Shown here: positions 1-10,830 of the stretch, piece after piece | Layout: every line of letters begins with the position of its first letter | How positions within the stretch are numbered: position 1 is the first letter of the stretch | Source: Octopus bimaculoides | Taxonomy: Eukaryota | DNA: 45,309 nt | Reading direction: 5' to 3' | NCBI RefSeq assembly: GCF_001194135.2 | Contig: NC_069002.1 | Location: 24,018,538 to 24,063,846 of the forward strand | Translations under genes and position numbers: made by a program | The notes under the pieces: generated by a model | The model's database searches: none | The model's input: the letters and a program-made list of their open reading frames with translations, nothing else | Told to the model about the DNA's origin: nothing

Positions 1-91
1 ACTGATAGAACGGTTGGTCTATTACTGGCATTTAGTCACCATTTTTTGAAAAGCTATGTGAACAATCACATAAGGCTGTATGGACGAATCA

Positions 92-144
92 CGTCGGATT
101 CATATCAGAAGGACTGTGTGAATCGAATCACGTCGCGGTCACCA
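92..144 (+). pseudogene. Degenerate copy of the 3' two-thirds of mature tRNA-Trp with encoded CCA; serves as the PBS of a minus-strand LTR element
   Basis: 125-144 GAATCACGTCGCGGTCACCA matches the metazoan tRNA-Trp 3' end GAATCACGTCGGGGTCACCA at 19/20. Similarity continues by eye through ATCAGAAGG and CGTCGGA (anticodon arm) to 92. The anticodon loop is degenerate. Confidence 0.7.
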
Positions 145-147
145 ATT

Positions 148-494
148 TGTAAGAACGACCGTGCGAACTCAAAAAGGAGAAATGGTGACGAATGGAAAAA
201 CAGAGGACTCCTTTTATTTAGGACGAGTCACACGGTCGAACACAAAATATATATCAATGATGATATATGAATATGTTATACTACGATAACATAGATTTCG
301 TAAATACCAGTAATTAAGACGATATTGAATACAACCGTATGAGATGAATAACAGAGATATTTATTGTGGCATCAAAAGTGTATGTCTGTGTGTGAGTGTG
401 AATGCGACATATAAAAACATAATAAAAGACAGGCCGTCGTACAAAGAAAAGAATGTATGTGAGTGATACATGTATGCGTATGTGAGATATTACA
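148..494 (-). mobile_element. LTR (Gypsy-like) followed by a tRNA-Trp PBS; the internal region would lie left of the window
   Basis: Minus strand reads TGTAA...TTACA, has AATAAA at 213-218, then a 3-nt spacer and TGGTGACCGCGACGTGATTC. The outer boundary at 494 is the less certain end. Confidence 0.6.
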
Positions 495-875
495 GCAGAT
501 AGAAAGAGTCAGTAACACGTGAGCATTTATACCAGTTCTTGAGTACACAATAGGATGAGTCTGTATGTGAAAGAAGTTGAGGCTGTGAGTGTGGCAAGGC
601 GATCACTAGTTGTGATGTTGGCTTCCATGCCGGGCCGGGCTCTTGAGGACAGACGTTCGTCGCTGGCTGAATTCTCTTGTCTATTATTAATCGTGGTGAA
701 TATGAAACACCTAACAGAATCGAAGATAGAGAGATGTTCCGCGGTGGTTTGGATTGGTGTACATAGAATGTCGTGTCACCAGTTATAGGAAGGTACCGTA
801 TTTACTTATGTCAGCGGCGGCTAATGTAGTATTGTCGGTCGGCAGATCAGAATCCTCGGCTGCGTTTGTTCTTAC

Positions 876-1186
876 TCGGGGTCACCAATTATAGGAAAGT
901 GGTTATACACCATTAGGTGTACACCCGCTTTCCTATATTAAATTCTAAATAATAACGGAACGCAGAATTCTGAACTATCAACACAACAATATTTATTTAT
1001 GGAGGAAATAGGCTTGGTTGCTGAGACGTTGGAATGTTGGAATGAGCTGTCCCCAGAGTTGGAATGCTGGAGAGACAGCTTGACCCGTCCATGCTCATGG
1101 CCGGCCGACCGAGAAAGAGAATGAAAAGAGCGGGAACGTTTAGATGTTGAATTCCACGCATGCGCATGAGACAAGGCGTTACTACA
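876..1186 (-). mobile_element. Second LTR-like unit (890-1186) with a tRNA-Trp PBS (876-887)
   Basis: Minus strand starts TGTAGTAACG, has AATAAA at 992-997 and ends CCTATA, followed by a 2-nt spacer and TGGTGACCCCGA (12/12 to the tRNA-Trp 3' end). Confidence 0.5.
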
Positions 1187-1562
1187 ACTTCAAACTTACT
1201 TTTTATCTAAAATAAAAAGAAGGCAAAAGAGGAACGCCATCTGTATACTTTATAGGAAAAAAGATCAATAATTTCAGGAACTAAAACAGTTCACTTTATT
1301 CAGGTATCATACATACCTATCCATCAAAATAAAGAGGAGTCCACATGGCGCAACGACCGGAAGTTGTAATGGACTAGTATCGAAAGATCGCCAAAAGGAG
1401 TTATTGCCACGAAATTACTGTAAAATATATCATACAGACGAGAAAGTAACATTTTCGAACGCAGTACAGCCGTGAAAACAGCTGAAAGATTGGGTATTTT
1501 ACCACCATAAGATGGAGAAAGTAGAACTTCCAAAATAACCAGTAAAGACTAAAAGAACATTG

Positions 1563-1732
1563 GGTACTACTTAAATACAGAGGTCCCTTAATGGTACCAC
1601 TTAAATGCAGGTGTTACGTACAAGACATTTTAATTGTACGCTGTGTTGACGTGTAAGGACACCCTAACCAACGTTACGTAGATGCATCGGGACTTCGGTA
1701 TTTAAGCGGGACCTCTGTAGTTAAGCAGTGCC
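1563..1732. mobile_element. Small MITE with 25-bp terminal inverted repeats
   Basis: GGTACTACTTAAATACAGAGGTCCC (1563-1587) versus the reverse complement of 1708-1732, GGCACTGCTTAACTACAGAGGTCCC: 22/25. Extra subterminal copies of the motif occur at about 1593-1610 and 1689-1707. No clear TSD. Confidence 0.6.
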
Positions 1733-1741
1733 GAGAACTGT

Positions 1742-1786
1742 AATGAATATTTACAAAATGAATATTTACAAAATGAATATTTACAA
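1742..1786 (+). repeat. 15-mer tandem repeat x3 (AATGAATATTTACAA)
   Basis: Three exact copies read directly. Confidence 0.95.
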
Positions 1787-3193
1787 AACAGAAGCATAAA
1801 AACCCAGCTCTTCCTTCTTTAGAGAAGATATATAAAACAGTAGCTGAGGGAAGCGAGGAGTGGATAGGAAAATATATTGAAATAATTTTTAAAAGTTTAG
1901 GCATAAAAACGGGATTACTAAATGCAATGCAAAAAAAGGGTCGGCAAGAAAAGTCACTTGATATACGAATATTAGGCATAAAAAACTTAGTTTCTGACCA
2001 AGAACCAAAGGCTCGAAACCGAGTTGATACCTATCGTTATACGGACGAGTGTCAAACCGTGTACAAGCTTTCCTGTCAGAAATTACCAAAAACAGAATGA
2101 GGTGAAGATTCAATCTTACTTCGAAATACTGGAAGATCGTGAACAAGTTCTCACAGTATTTCTGAACCAAAGTAGAAATATATAAAGAGATATAATAAAG
2201 TTGGTAGCTTAATACACCGGAAACAATTTCAGTATTACATAATAACCGTTGAATTGTGACAAGCCAATACCATAAAAGGTTGTCAGATGATTATATCATT
2301 AAGTCAAAGACATTTCGTTTCCCACAGACATAGCGGTTAGGCCGAATCGGTAAGATACTTTTGTCTACCAGATGCGGAAATATATTTGCATCGTACTTGA
2401 ACTGGATTGCTGGGTGTGAAAATTTAATTTTAACTTTCGGACGCCACTAAAATTTACATAACTGAAATTTGAATTGAAATAGAGTAAAAAATAAAATTAA
2501 AGAGGGATTTTCAATGTTCAGATCCCAATGATTTATAATATTTAATGAAAACCGGGAAAACTAAACCGCTACACAAAAAGAATGTAGCGATGTGGTTAAT
2601 TTTCCTACTGTTCCGCTCAGATAGACCAAACCTCAAAACGGCTCGGAACCTTACCGCGTTACCCGTGTTCGGTTTTTGAAGGAAAGATGCAGTTCCTAGT
2701 TTCAGACACAAAAGTAATTATTCCAGATCAGTTTCACTTCAATTACGCAATATTATTAATGTTTGTTCTGTTATTAACGCAAATTTATTATTTAGAGGAG
2801 GGGCAATGTCATCAGTTTTAGATTCAGCTTGAAAATCTGTATGAGAGAAGTAAAGGTGGGGGTAGAAAATACAGAGCGAAGTGTTTAATGGGGAGAGTGA
2901 AACACTAGAAGAAGATGAGGAAAAGATAAGACATACAGCGAACTAGTCCAGAAGATCAAAGTTTGTAGCATCGGTATATTTGACAAAAGGAAAAAGGAGC
3001 AGACCATATATAGAGGATTAAAGGTAGTAGTGTGTTAGTGAATGAGTTTTTGTGAATCAGCGAGAAGGCATTCATTTGCCTATGGAATATTTAACGGGGA
3101 TACAGGCTGAATCTGGAGCTCACCTTCTGGCGTTAATGGAAGACATACTTTTAAGAGTGAAAGCGTATTTTGCTTCAAGTAGGCGGAGATCGT

Positions 3194-3375
3194 GGAGGCA
3201 CATGGCTTAGTGGATAGGGTGTTATACTCATGATCGTAAGACTGTGGTTTCGATTCCTGATCCGGGTGATGCGTTGTTTTCTCAAGCAAAATACCTTAAT
3301 TCAAGTTGCTCCAGTCCACTCAGCTGACAAAAAGGAGTATTACTGCAATGGACCAACGTTCCGTCCAAGGGGAAT
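3194..3375 (+). mobile_element. tRNA-derived SINE (family distinct from the Nin-core SINE)
   Basis: A-box TGGCTTAGTGG and B-box GGTTTCGATTCC, followed by a SINE-like body (GTTGCTCCAGTCCACTCAGCTG) that ends at a (TA)/(TG) microsatellite. Confidence 0.75.
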
Positions 3376-3902
3376 ATATATATATATATAGTTTATGTGT
3401 GTGTGTGTTCCTTATGGATTCGAAAACTGAGTTGCCGATTTTGACGTATGAGGTATCAAAAGATTCAGTAATCTTTCGGCTACCAGATAAAGAGTGTTTT
3501 TTGCACAACAAAAATAACATCTACTGCAAAAATAACCTCTAAAACGAGATCAGTTCGCACAATTTTGAGGTCTTTAGCTAAGGGAAGCAATTCTGCCTCC
3601 CTTATCTTTATGTCTTACATAGAGTATAATGAGAAAATTTTAAAATACACGGAGTTTTACCAGGGAATGAAACTTCGACCGTTAACTTTTCAGTATTATT
3701 TAGTGGATAATCTTTTAATGCAAAGTATGTTTGTCAGTGTTTTGTTTGCCTCTGATGTAACAAACCCATCGAATAGGTTTCTTTTTCTCCTTCCTGAAAT
3801 ACTGTAAATCTGTCTTTCTTTTGATGAAAGGGTGTGTTTTAAGGGAGATTTGGCTTCTATTTGTAAGAAGCTCAAGTTTTCACAGACACACCTATGTGTG
3901 TG

Positions 3903-4591
3903 TGTGTGTTTTGTTGTGGTGAAAAAAATACTTTTTAGAATATTTTGCACAATGGAATCTGGACATCTTTCTTACTGCTAACCATTCAACTTTAATATAC
4001 AATTGTCAATTGTTGGAAGTCAAGTAGACTGAGATGTACATACAGTGTTACTTTATAGAGTGGAAGTTCAATGCGAAGTTTTGAACTCATTGTCTTGTGC
4101 TTAGTAATCCATTACCGTAAATTTGAGGCCGTTAAGTCTTTAACCATTATTTTATTGGGTTTAGTCTTTCGATGGGCTCTTACCTTCAAAAATTTAATTA
4201 ATCATACTGACCTCAGTATGTATTTCAATCTGGCTTTTATTTTATAGATCTCTACTTGATGAACTGCTAACTTCGAGACATAGTGGGACACAATACTCGA
4301 TTTGACAACAAATGTAAACACACACACACATTAGGTGTAAGAATGACTGTGTGGTTGAGAAGTTTGCTTCCTAGCCACATGATTCCACGTTCAGTCCCTT
4401 TGCATGGTATCGTGGGAAAGTGTGTGTTTTGTTGTGGTGAAAAGAAATACTTTTTAGAATATTTTGCACAATGGTTTTTTTAAAAGGAATCTGGACATCT
4501 TTCTTACTGCTAACCATTCAACTTTAAAATACATTTGTTAATTGTTGGAAGTCCAGTAGATTGAGATGTACATATAGTGTTATTGTATAGA
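3903..4591 (+). repeat. Local direct duplication of about 160-170 bp (3903-4059 and 4421-4591)
   Basis: Both copies contain TTGTTGTGGTGAAAA...TTTAGAATATTTTGCACAATGG...GAATCTGGACATCTTTCTTACTGCTAACCATTCAACTTTAA...GAGATGTACATA. Confidence 0.9.
4331..4425 (+). mobile_element. 5' fragment of a tRNA-derived SINE (same family as 19228-19288 and 31997-32170)
   Basis: Degenerate version of the head GGCGCAG..GTGGCTGT.TGGTAAG..GCTTGCTT.CCAACCACATGGTTC.GGGTTCAGTCCC. Confidence 0.55.
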
Positions 4592-4729
4592 CTTGTGACT
4601 GAAACTGCAGCGTTGTTCAACAGAAAATGACCGAAAAACATATTTATAAAGATTCGTTAGCTTCATACCCCTCGTGTGTCGATTCTGCCCATAGGAGAGG
4701 AACAAATAATACAGTATAGCTGTAGGTCA

Positions 4730-4765
4730 TAACACCCGGGCAACGTCGGAGTGCAATGTTAGTAT
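4730..4765 (+). mobile_element. Possible Helitron 3' end
   Basis: CCCGGGCAACGTCGG hairpin-like motif about 10 nt upstream of TTAGT, resembling the Helitron hairpin + CTAG terminus. Degenerate. Confidence 0.3.
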
Positions 4766-6158
4766 GTGTGTATGTGTGTGTGTGCGCGCGAACACACATA
4801 TATACGTCATAGAATTCGGGAAACCGGCTTAATAAGCTTATGGCTCGGGCAGAACCTTTGATCTTTTCATTTGATATGACGTGGGCAAATGGAAGTTTGT
4901 GCAGAATGTCCGATGTAAAACTGAAATAAAAGCGGCAAATATGAGAGATCTGATAGTATAATGCAGCTTACAGAATCATCTTGATTGAGGAATCATAGTG
5001 GGAAGATTTAGCAAAATTGGTAAAGAGGATCTTGGCAAGATAACAGAAGGTTCCCTTAAAAACAGGGAAGTGGGATTGCTGCAAAATGTGTGACAGGCAC
5101 CCAATATTTGGACGTGAGTGAACCTTTCCAAGTGTTTTATAGTATGCTCTCCTCCCCCACCCCTGCAACAGAGATGTAAGATCCTCTTAAATTACTCCCC
5201 GACCCCTTGAATTCAAATTTTCACGAGGTTATTTTTGTAAAATTTAGTTCTGGTGTACGATAATCTCATTTATTTAACAGGCTCCGAACTGCACGTGAAT
5301 CACACGGCACGCGGGTTAGAGTCATTTAAGTAGGGTTTTTTTCTAAAAAAAAACAAAAAAACCGTTTTAACGATCTTGAAATGATTTGACATGAAGTTTA
5401 AACAGTTGCAGGAAAAAAAAACAATTAACAAATATATAACATTTATATTGTGTTAACAATATAAATATACTATAGTAATTGTATTTTTTAAAATGTGACC
5501 GTTAAATAGACTATCTTCTTATACGCAAGCTATCTCGCTTGTTTAATATTTCTGCATGTAATAATGTTTAACANNNNNNNNNNNNNNNNNNNNNNNNNNN
5601 NNNNNNNNNNNNNNNNNNNNNNNNNNNNNNNNNNNNNNNNNNNNNNNNNNNNNNNNNNNNNNNNNNNNNNNNNNNNNNNNNNNNNNNNNNNNNNNNNNNN
5701 NNNNNNNNNNNNNNNNNNNNNNNNNNNNNNNNNNNNNNNNNNNNNNNNNNNNNNNNNNNNNNNNNNNNNNNNNNNNNNNNNNNNNNNNNNNNNNNNNNNN
5801 NNNNNNNNNNNNNNNNNNNNNNNNNNNNNNNNNNNNNNNNNNNNNNNNNNNNNNNNNNNNNNNNNNNNNNNNNNNNNNNNNNNNNNNNNNNNNNNNNNNN
5901 NNNNNNNNNNNNNNNNNNNNNNNNNNNNNNNNNNNNNNNNNNNNNNNNNNNNNNNNNNNNNNNNNNNNNNNNNNNNNNNNNNNNNNNNNNNNNNNNNNNN
6001 NNNNNNNNNNNNNNNNNNNNNNNNNNNNNNNNNNNNNNNNNNNNNNNNNNNNNNNNNNNNNNNNNNNNNNNNNNNNNNNNNNNNNNNNNNNNNNNNNNNN
6101 NNNNNNNNNNNNNNNNNNNNNNNNNNNNNNNNNNNNNNNNNNNNNNNNNNNNNNNNNN

Positions 6159-6190
<32 letters not shown>

Positions 6191-7044
6191 TATAATGTAT
6201 TATGTATATATAATATATATAATGCATTATGTATATATGATATATTATATATATATATATACATTTATACATATTAGATAAATATCTAAGATGTGTATTT
6301 GTGTATATACATGTTAGTTATACATATCATATGCATGTATGTGTGTGTATTTCATAAGTTAGATTTGTTGTATTTTATTCTGTATTTTGGTAAATTAATA
6401 TTTTTGTGAAGTTACTTATGGATATATATTATATTAAATTTAAACGTTTTCTACAGTGGAGATAAGAAATATTCGCTGAATGGTTTGAGAAAAATTTCAC
6501 ACTGAATAGGCCGAGTAAATGATGTGTTAATGAGATTGCTATGCGAAATATGTTTGAAAACTTTCTCCCTTTATTTTCATCTACTTCAGCATCAATGAAG
6601 TCAGCTGATTATTGAATTAGTCGCAACTAACACATCGCTGAAGAAATATGATGAAGACAATATTACTCCAGAAAACATGTGTGCAGGAAAATATATGCTC
6701 AATAAAATATGGTACACATTAACTTATATATACATATTCGGATTTGTTCTTGTGTATTCGGTTATACTATATGGATTTATAAGATTTGAACATAGTTGCC
6801 TACAGCTTTTGAAGGCACTTGATAATTTTTTTTACGACTGTTCAAAGTAATATACAAATTTCGTGCTTTTTTACGTCTATATCATTATATTGTATGTAAT
6901 TATGTTTAACTGCATATTAAATCTACTTATAAATGTGATTAATTTTCTTTCCTTCCTTCTTCCCTTCTTTCTTCCTTCTTTTCTTTGCCAAGCGGGAGGA
7001 AAAATTTCTTTTGCGAAGTAAAATTTTCGTTTTACAAATAATCT

Positions 7045-7820
7045 TTTCTACAAGGCTTGAGTGGGGGAGTGGACCAGTCGAGTATACCGATCCCAGTGTT
7101 TCACTGGTACTTAGTTTATCGACTCCGGTGGAATTTGAGTCGACCTTGGTGGAATTTGAACTCAGAACGTAGCGACGGGTGAAATACCGGTAAACATGTC
7201 GTCCAGCGTGCTAACGATTCTGCTACCTCGCCGCCTTTCCGTTTTACCATAAGCAAAAGGCCTGAAATTTTGGGGGTGGGAGATAGCGGATTGCGTCAAC
7301 CCCTGAGTTGAAAGGCAAAGCTTGAAAGGCAAAGTCAACTTCATCGCTATTTGAACTCCGAATATAAAACCGGAGTATATGTTGCTAAACATTTTGTCCA
7401 ACATACTAACGAGTCTGCTTTAATGGTATCAAATTTTTGCACAAGGCTAGCAATGCGTTGTGTGCAGGAGGAAAGTTGATTACGCCGTCCCCCGTACTTG
7501 AATGATACTTATTTATCGTCCCTGAAACAATGAAAGGCCAAGTCGACTTCGGTGGTATTTAAATTCAGAAAGCAAAGAGCAGGAAGAAATGTTGCTAAGC
7601 ACTTCGTCCGGCGCGGGAATGATTCTGGCAGGTCGCCATCTTGAATAATAATAATTCTTTCCTACTCTAGGCACAAGGCTCGAAATTTTGGGGGAGGGGC
7701 CAGTCGATTAGATCGACTCCAGTACGCAACTGGTACTTAATTTATCGACCGCGAAAGGATGAAAGGCAAAGTCGACTTCGGCGAAATTTGAACTCAGAAC
7801 ATAAAGACAGACGAAATATC
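7045..7820 (-). mobile_element. Four head-to-tail copies of the Nin/Deu-core tRNA-SINE (about 7045-7236, 7252-7420, 7435-7645, 7658-7820)
   Basis: Minus strand carries the head GGCGAGCTGGCAGAA.CGTTAGC, B-box GAGTTCAAATTCC and core GTCGACTTTGCCTTTCATCCTTTCGGGGTCGATAAATTAAGTACC, which resembles the Nin/Deu SINE domain. Copies vary in decay. Confidence 0.85.
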
Positions 7821-8043
7821 GCGATTAATAGACAAAATGAAGAGCACGATGTGATTGCAATGGATATTTTAATGGTTCAACGATATTTCGACAGCAAGCT
7901 TGTCTTTGTCGAGTTCAAAGTAAAAGTGATAAAAATTCAAAATTATAGAAATTCAAATCTAAAGTTTGACCGAGAGCAACCAGCGTCCACACATTGATGG
8001 AATGACATCATCAGTCTTTAAGTTTCAATTTTATAATTGGCGA

Positions 8044-8079
<36 letters not shown>

Positions 8080-8190
8080 CCTTTCTAGTATAGGCACAAG
8101 GCTTGAAGTTTGAGGGCAGGTTGCTGGTCGATTACTTCGACCCTCAGCGCAACGAAATGCTCTAACGATTCAGTCAGCTTACTACCTTCA
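8080..8190 (-). mobile_element. Internally deleted copy of the Nin-core SINE after an (AAT)n tail
   Basis: TTTCTAGTATAGGCACAAGGC...GTCGATTACTTCGACCC...CTAACGATTC; core missing. Confidence 0.6.
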
Positions 8191-8224
8191 CTACCTTATA
8201 GTAGAAGTCGAATGTTTTCCACGC

Positions 8225-8440
8225 GACTCCACCCCCATTTTTTAGCTAAAACTTTATTCGATAGCGGAGATTACGATTTTGCCTAAAAAATACACGTATT
8301 TAAAGTTAAGTTTTAATTGGGGTAGGAAGGGAGAATTTAAACCATTGAAAACGTGTTTTTTTTTGGCAAAATTGTTATCTCCGATATCGCAAACATAGGA
8401 GTCCTGAAGAAAGTTTTGATAAAAAAATGGGGATGGGGTC
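8225..8440. mobile_element. Foldback/MITE with imperfect inverted arms (about 8225-8297 and 8351-8440)
   Basis: GACTCCACCCCCATTTTTT..AAAACTTT..CGGAGATTACGATTTTGCC.AAAAAA.ACACGT mirrors the reverse complement of ACGTGTTTTTTTTTGGCAAAATTGTTATCTCCG..AAAGTTTTGATAAAAAAATGGGGATGGGGTC. Confidence 0.7.
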
Positions 8441-8496
8441 GGATGGGACCACCGATGACATTAACAACAACAATTTACAACAATAATAATAACTGA

Positions 8497-8690
8497 TTTC
8501 AAATTTTGGCACAAGGCTAAGATAAATCGATTTCATTGACCCAGTACTCGACTGGTACTTATTTTATCGACCCTGAAAGGATGAACGGTAAAGTCGACTT
8601 CGGCGGAATTTGAACACAGAACGTAAAGACGGACGAAATGCTGTTAAGCATTTTGTCCGGCGTCCTAACTCTACTGCCAGATCGTCGCCG
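8497..8690 (-). mobile_element. Nin-core tRNA-SINE copy
   Basis: Same head, B-box and core as the 7658-7820 copy. Confidence 0.85.
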
Positions 8691-8691
8691 C

Positions 8692-9200
8692 TCTCATGGC
8701 TTCTGGTCTTAACTGATTGGAGATATTATCATGTACATGGGTTTGTCTTGGTATAAAAGATGGGCTACAACAGACATTCTATTCAATACCACAGATTTAC
8801 TTGTCAGTTGCTTGACCAGAACCAGATGAGTTTGTCCCTTGGTGTCGGACAATATGTGCATCTCTGATCACGAACAGAAGTAGTGGGGGAGCATCGTAGC
8901 CATGTGTTGAGAGGAATTCTTTGGTGTTTGAAGAATTCCCCTCTGGAAATATGGTTGTTTCGTTCAACATCCTTAAACAACCCTTATTGAGGGACCTTTT
9001 GAGTAGGATAGGCTACTTGACCTGAAGAAAACCCTAACTGGGCCCCACCTGCAAAGTCATGTGTTGTTTATTTTGATATGAGACTACCATGTTGCGCACA
9101 TATGGTTGTGACTCATGTGCCTGGTTTATTGTCATCAGATGGGGAGTCATGATGAGTGTCACTTTGATGGTATGCACTGCTCTCTCACTCAATAATGATA
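8692..9200 (+). mobile_element. Unclassified retroposon-like segment ending in an (AAT)n tail
   Basis: Higher-complexity 500-bp block inserted between two SINEs and ending CTCTCTCACTCAATAATGATAATAAT. No protein motif recognised. Confidence 0.35.
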
Positions 9201-9211
9201 ATAATGCTTTT

Positions 9212-9425
9212 TAACAGAAGCACAAGGCCTGAAGTTTTGTGGGAGGATGCTAGTCATTTACATCAATCCCACTACTGGATTGGTACTTAACTTATCGACC
9301 CCGATAGGATGAAAGGCAAAGTCGACCTCCGCTGAATTTGAACTCAAAACGTAAAGACGAACGAAATACCGCTAAACTAAGCATATTGTCCGGCGTGCAA
9401 ACTGTTCTACTCCCACGCTGCCTTA
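9212..9425 (-). mobile_element. Nin-core tRNA-SINE copy
   Basis: GCACAAGGCCTGAAG...GGATGAAAGGCAAAGTCGACCTC..GAATTTGAACTC...GTCCGGCGTGC. Confidence 0.85.
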
Positions 9426-10199
9426 ACAACAACGACGACGACGGTGACAACAACAACAATAATAATAATCATAATATCTGCCAAAGGGCGAGGAACGAAA
9501 GAATATTAGAAGAATAAACACATTCTACCAGAAAACAAATGTTAACATTGATGATGTTATATCAAGATGAAGTCAACTAAGAAAGTTTTAATTAATTAAA
9601 ATTAAATTACACTCGCAATGAAGGGAAAGAATAATTAGCTTAATGATCATTTTGGCCAAGTCAGGCCGGGAGAAATTTTAACTAATTAAAACTAATTAAA
9701 AACAGAGTGTGACTAATGAACGGGTAGAAAGGCTAAACTTGGTAATACAGCGACAGCATTGATACGTGTTATAATATAGTGAGCGAAAATACTTCGAGTT
9801 TTTGAGATCTTCGCTGCAATTAGTAAACAAAAACTTCGTCTATGAACGTTTAAAATGCAAAAAAAAAAAAAATAGAAACCAGAAAAAAAAATCACATAAA
9901 AGATAAATCCAATAAAATCATTTAATTAAAACTTTAGAAAAGATAGAAAATTCTATTGAATCTGGTCATTTAAGTTGTCACGGTTTAGGTGTTAGTGTGT
10001 GTGGTGTTATTGTAAAAGCTGATGTTGTTGCTATATAAATAGTGGTTTGAGATAAAACTGGCAATGTATATCATAATAAAAGCAAACTCCTATGAAGGGA
10101 AGTCTAACTTTGTATATACATATATAAATTATGAAATACTCACGAGTAATGATACTAGGATGTTGGGATTAACTTAACTATATCTGCTCAGTCATTTAT

Positions 10200-10830
10200 T
10201 ATCTGGAAAGTTTACTACAATGCAGGAGAGGTGTTAGAAATGTCTTTTTGAAATCGAAATCTTGATATTACTTTTTGAACTTTGGCCTCAGCTCAATTTC
10301 ATTTTAATGTGAAATTAGTTCTTCCTCCGCCATTATTGTTTCCTCATTACAGATATCTAGGTATCTCCCAGACTGGTATTTGAAGCGAAAATAAACTTCC
10401 TGAAGTCTTTCAGACAAGTCTCTGTATCCAAGTTTGAACCTTTGACAGACATTGAACTTCTGTGTGCAACAACAAACGTTCACATTCTTTATCATTCTCA
10501 GTACAGAGCAGTAGAAACAGTGGGGAATTGTCAGCATCTGCCTTGGTTTTATTTAGTGCTGTGATATCAGTGCTTCTTGATTTGTAAAGTCTACCACTTA
10601 ATTTATTTGCAACCAGATATTATCTGTGGATTATAGAGGGCGCTGTAAACAGGCTAGGTATATCTCTTTCACTAAACTGATGACGCTGCGATGACATCCT
10701 ACCATTGATGGTATCCCATCTATTGCTCAAACACGAAATACTGACTCCAATTTTGTATCTGTTTCCAGATGTCTTACGAATAATGGCTCTTGAACCAAAC
10801 TTTAATCGTTGACGAAGCAAACATAAGCAA
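10200..10830 (-). mobile_element. Decayed, internally deleted hAT transposase (Buster/Charlie/SPIN-type, ZBED8/SCAND3-like)
   Basis: Minus-strand translation across stops and frameshifts gives IPSLFTAPSIIHR*YLVANKLSGRL...NSPLFLLLCTENDKECERLLLHTEVQCLSK (canonical LLLHTEVRWLSKG), then RDLSERLQE..LDICNEETIMAEEELISH*NEIELRPKFKK*YQDF, typical of the Buster C-terminal region. Confidence 0.85.

Noticed and set aside
2120-2350. Micro-exon candidates: 2120-2161 (-, KYCENLFTIFQYFE) and 2329-2350 (+, DIAVRPNR)
   Set aside because: Splice signals are good, but the two are on opposite strands, have no recognised homolog, and lie in an A-rich tract that may be a decayed LINE. This is within chance expectation for 45 kb.
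6458-6520. EIFAEWFEKNF resembling a pogo/Tigger DDE_1 motif
   Set aside because: Too short, with no supporting flanking motifs.
7045-9425. Repeat-spacer appearance suggesting a CRISPR-like array
   Set aside because: The units are about 200-bp diverged SINEs with irregular spacing, in a eukaryotic context with no cas genes.
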